Source: Escherichia coli (lineage in GTDB: Bacteria > Pseudomonadota > Gammaproteobacteria > Enterobacterales > Enterobacteriaceae). Taken from it: 64,000 nt of DNA. Positions 61,151 through 64,000 of this stretch are shown here, one piece after another (the first letter of the stretch is position 1; each line of letters starts with the position of its first letter). The DNA is taken from assembly GCF_013122565.1 (NCBI RefSeq), contig NZ_CP053258.1. The stretch is one strand, 5' to 3'. Below the pieces are notes generated by a model. The model saw only the letters and a program-made list of their open reading frames with translations, searched no databases and was not told the DNA's origin. Both the position numbers and the translations under genes were made by a program.

Positions 61151-63646
61151 ATGTTAACGATTCAATTTCTCTGTCCTTTGCCTAACGGTCTTCATGCCCG
61201 TCCGGCGTGGGAACTTAAAGAACAGTGCAGCCAGTGGCAAAGCGAAATCACCTTCATCAACCATCGCCAGAACGCAAAGGCAGATGCGAAAAGCTCGCTG
61301 GCGCTGATTGGCACCGGCACCTTATTTAATGACAGTTGCAGCCTGAACATTAGCGGCAGCGATGAAGAGCAGGCGCGGCGCGTGCTGGAAGAGTACATCC
61401 AGGTGCGCTTTATCGACAGCGACAGCATCCAGCCAACGCAGGCAGAACTGACGGCGCATCCGCTGCCGCGTTCATTAAGCCGCCTGAACCCGGATTTACT
61501 GTACGGCAACGTGCTGGCAAGCGGCGTCGGCGTGGGGACGCTGACCCTGTTACAGAGTGACAGCCTCGACAGTTATCGGGCGATCCCCGCCAGTGCGCAA
61601 GATTCCACCCGGCTGGAGCACAGCCTGGCAACGCTTGCCGAGCAACTGAACCAGCAATTGCGTGAGCGTGACGGCGAAAGCAAAACTATCCTCAGCGCCC
61701 ATTTGTCGCTGATTCAGGATGATGAATTTGCAGGCAATATCCGTCGCCTGATGACAGAACAGCATCAGGGGCTGGGGGCGGCGATCATCAGCAATATGGA
61801 GCAGGTTTGTGACAAGCTTTCTGCCTCTGCCAGCGATTATCTGCGCGAGCGGGTTAGCGACATTCGCGATATCAGCGAACAGTTGCTGCATATCACCTGG
61901 CCGGAACTGAAGCCGCGCAACAATCTGGTGCTTGAAAAACCGACCATTCTGGTGGCTGAAGATTTAACCCCAAGCCAGTTTTTGAGCCTGGATTTAAAAA
62001 ATCTTGCGGGCATGATTCTGGAGAAAACCGGGCGCACCTCGCATACACTGATTCTGGCCCGCGCCTCGGCGATCCCGGTACTGAGCGGCCTGCCGCTGGA
62101 TGCGATTGCCCGTTATGCCGGGCAACCGGCGGTGCTTGACGCCCAGTGCGGCGTGCTGGCGATTAACCCGAATGACGCGGTGAGCGGTTATTATCAGGTC
62201 GCGCAGACGCTGGCGGATAAACGCCAAAAACAACAGGCGCAGGCTGCCGCGCAGCTGGCTTATTCCCGTGATAACAAGCGTATTGATATCGCGGCGAATA
62301 TCGGCACCGCTCTGGAAGCGCCAGGCGCGTTTGCCAACGGCGCGGAAGGCGTTGGACTGTTCCGTACTGAAATGCTGTATATGGATCGCGACAGCGCGCC
62401 GGACGAGCAGGAGCAATTTGAAGCCTACCAGCAGGTGCTACTGGCGGCGGGCGACAAGCCGATTATCTTCCGCACAATGGACATCGGCGGCGATAAAAGC
62501 ATTCCTTACCTCAACATTCCCCAGGAAGAGAACCCGTTCCTCGGCTATCGCGCGGTACGTATTTACCCGGAATTTGCTGGCCTGTTCCGCACTCAACTGC
62601 GGGCTATTTTGCGTGCTGCCAGTTTCGGCAACGCCCAGTTGATGATCCCTATGGTTCACAGCCTCGATCAGATCTTATGGGTGAAGGGCGAGATCCAAAA
62701 AGCGATCGTTGAGCTTAAGCGCGATGGCCTGCGTCATGCAGAGACGATTACGCTGGGTATCATGGTGGAAGTGCCGTCGGTGTGCTACATCATCGACCAC
62801 TTCTGCGATGAGGTCGATTTCTTCAGTATCGGCTCCAACGATATGACCCAGTATCTGTATGCGGTCGATCGTAATAACCCGCGCGTATCGCCGCTGTATA
62901 ACCCGATTACGCCATCGTTCCTGCGCATGTTACAGCAGATAGTTACCACTGCGCATCAGCGGGGCAAATGGGTAGGCATTTGCGGTGAACTGGGCGGTGA
63001 AAGCCGTTATCTGCCGCTACTGCTTGGGCTGGGCCTGGATGAGCTGAGTATGAGTAGCCCACGCATTCCGGCGGTGAAAAGCCAGCTTCGTCAACTGGAT
63101 AGCGAGGCGTGTCGGGAACTGGCGCGTCAGGCATGTGAATGCCGCAGCGCGCAGGAAATTGAAGCGTTACTCACCGCCTTTACGCCGGAAGAAGACATTC
63201 GCCCATTACTGGCGCTGGAGAATATCTTTGTTGATCAGTCCTTTAGCAATAAAGAGCAGGCGATTCAGTTCCTGTGCGGTAACCTCGGCGTTAACGGGCG
63301 CACTGAACATCCGTTCGAGCTGGAAGAAGATGTCTGGCAGCGGGAAGAGATAGTCACCACTGGCGTTGGTTTTGGCGTGGCGATCCCGCACACCAAATCG
63401 CAGTGGATCCGTCATTCCAGTATCAGCATTGCCCGGCTGGCGAAACCGGTTGACTGGCAGTCAGAAATGGGCGAAGTCGAACTGGTGATCATGCTGACGC
63501 TGGGTGCTAACGAAGGTATGAATCATGTGAAAGTCTTCTCGCAGCTGGCGCGTAAACTGGTGAATAAAAACTTCCGCCAGTCGTTGTTTGCCGCGCAAGA
63601 TGCACAAAGTATCCTGACGCTGCTGGAAACAGAATTAACCTTCTGA
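61151..63646 (+). CDS. fryA: PTS multiphosphoryl transfer protein FryA (HPr-like / Enzyme I-like / EIIA-Fru-like fusion)
   Basis: 831-aa ORF; HPr-like N-terminus (LCPLPNGLHARPA), EI-like centre, EIIA C-terminus. Confidence 0.92.
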   Translation: MLTIQFLCPLPNGLHARPAWELKEQCSQWQSEITFINHRQNAKADAKSSLALIGTGTLFNDSCSLNISGSDEEQARRVLEEYIQVRFIDSDSIQPTQAELTAHPLPRSLSRLNPDLLYGNVLASGVGVGTLTLLQSDSLDSYRAIPASAQDSTRLEHSLATLAEQLNQQLRERDGESKTILSAHLSLIQDDEFAGNIRRLMTEQHQGLGAAIISNMEQVCDKLSASASDYLRERVSDIRDISEQLLHITWPELKPRNNLVLEKPTILVAEDLTPSQFLSLDLKNLAGMILEKTGRTSHTLILARASAIPVLSGLPLDAIARYAGQPAVLDAQCGVLAINPNDAVSGYYQVAQTLADKRQKQQAQAAAQLAYSRDNKRIDIAANIGTALEAPGAFANGAEGVGLFRTEMLYMDRDSAPDEQEQFEAYQQVLLAAGDKPIIFRTMDIGGDKSIPYLNIPQEENPFLGYRAVRIYPEFAGLFRTQLRAILRAASFGNAQLMIPMVHSLDQILWVKGEIQKAIVELKRDGLRHAETITLGIMVEVPSVCYIIDHFCDEVDFFSIGSNDMTQYLYAVDRNNPRVSPLYNPITPSFLRMLQQIVTTAHQRGKWVGICGELGGESRYLPLLLGLGLDELSMSSPRIPAVKSQLRQLDSEACRELARQACECRSAQEIEALLTAFTPEEDIRPLLALENIFVDQSFSNKEQAIQFLCGNLGVNGRTEHPFELEEDVWQREEIVTTGVGFGVAIPHTKSQWIRHSSISIARLAKPVDWQSEMGEVELVIMLTLGANEGMNHVKVFSQLARKLVNKNFRQSLFAAQDAQSILTLLETELTF

Positions 63647-63648
63647 CG

Positions 63649-64000
63649 TTAGCCCTGAAAACGGGCGCTGTACTCTCCCGGCGTCAGACCAAACTGACGC
63701 CGGAAAACGCGACAAAAATAGTCGCTATCCGGAAAACCGCAACGCTGTGCCACTTCATGAATTGACAGATGATATTTCTGCAAAATCATCCTCGCCTTCG
63801 CCATTCGCACCCAACGCACATACTCGATAAAACGCATCGTTCCATGCTGAGCAAACAGTTTTGACAGATGATTGGGCGTGATATTAAAAAACTGCGCCAC
63901 GCTCTCGCGGGTGAGCGGCTGGGCATAATTATCCTGAACCCAGTTACAAATGCTGTGATAGAGAAAATCGCCGCGCGGCTGCGAATTGCCCGGCGGCATA
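63649..64000 (-). CDS. ypdC: AraC-family regulator YpdC (3' portion; gene start lies beyond window end)
   Basis: Open frame to the window edge with C-terminal AraC-type HTH (…HSICNWVQDNYAQPLTRESVAQFFNITPNHLSKLF…). Confidence 0.8.
   Translation of the reverse strand, partial: MPPGNSQPRGDFLYHSICNWVQDNYAQPLTRESVAQFFNITPNHLSKLFAQHGTMRFIEYVRWVRMAKARMILQKYHLSIHEVAQRCGFPDSDYFCRVFRRQFGLTPGEYSARFQG

Overview
This window reads as an Escherichia coli-type chromosomal segment, in reverse-complement orientation relative to the K-12 map, running from the 3' end of eutN to the 3' end of ypdC. I call about 60 protein-coding genes, 6 tRNA genes, one IS3-family insertion sequence, several REP/BIME clusters and a set of rho-independent terminators. 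All gene identities come from my own reading of the translated ORFs and recalled knowledge of E. coli; no database search was run. Gene starts were trimmed from the ORF track wherever the track ORF had an N-terminal extension (the track also uses GTG/TTG starts). Most of the window is ordinary core genome: the eut operon, hemF-amiA, the murQP/yfeW cluster, cysPUWAM, ptsHI-crr, cysKZ, zipA-ligA, xapABR, gltX, nupC, mntH, glk and the fry operon. Four places differ from what I recall for K-12: (1) eutA and eutB are directly adjacent, with no prophage between them; (2) an IS1397-like element sits inside a REP unit between cysM and yfeS, flanked by a GTTT direct repeat; (3) the position K-12 fills with yfeR-yfeN, between yfeH and xapA, carries an AT-rich two-gene cassette instead; (4) there is no IS186 between nupC and pdeA. 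The cassette in (3) is the best candidate for an undescribed system: a NupG-like nucleoside transporter followed by a 303-aa protein with two internal repeats that resemble the nucleoside 2-deoxyribosyltransferase (NDT) motif. That assignment is inference from motifs and needs a profile or structure search.
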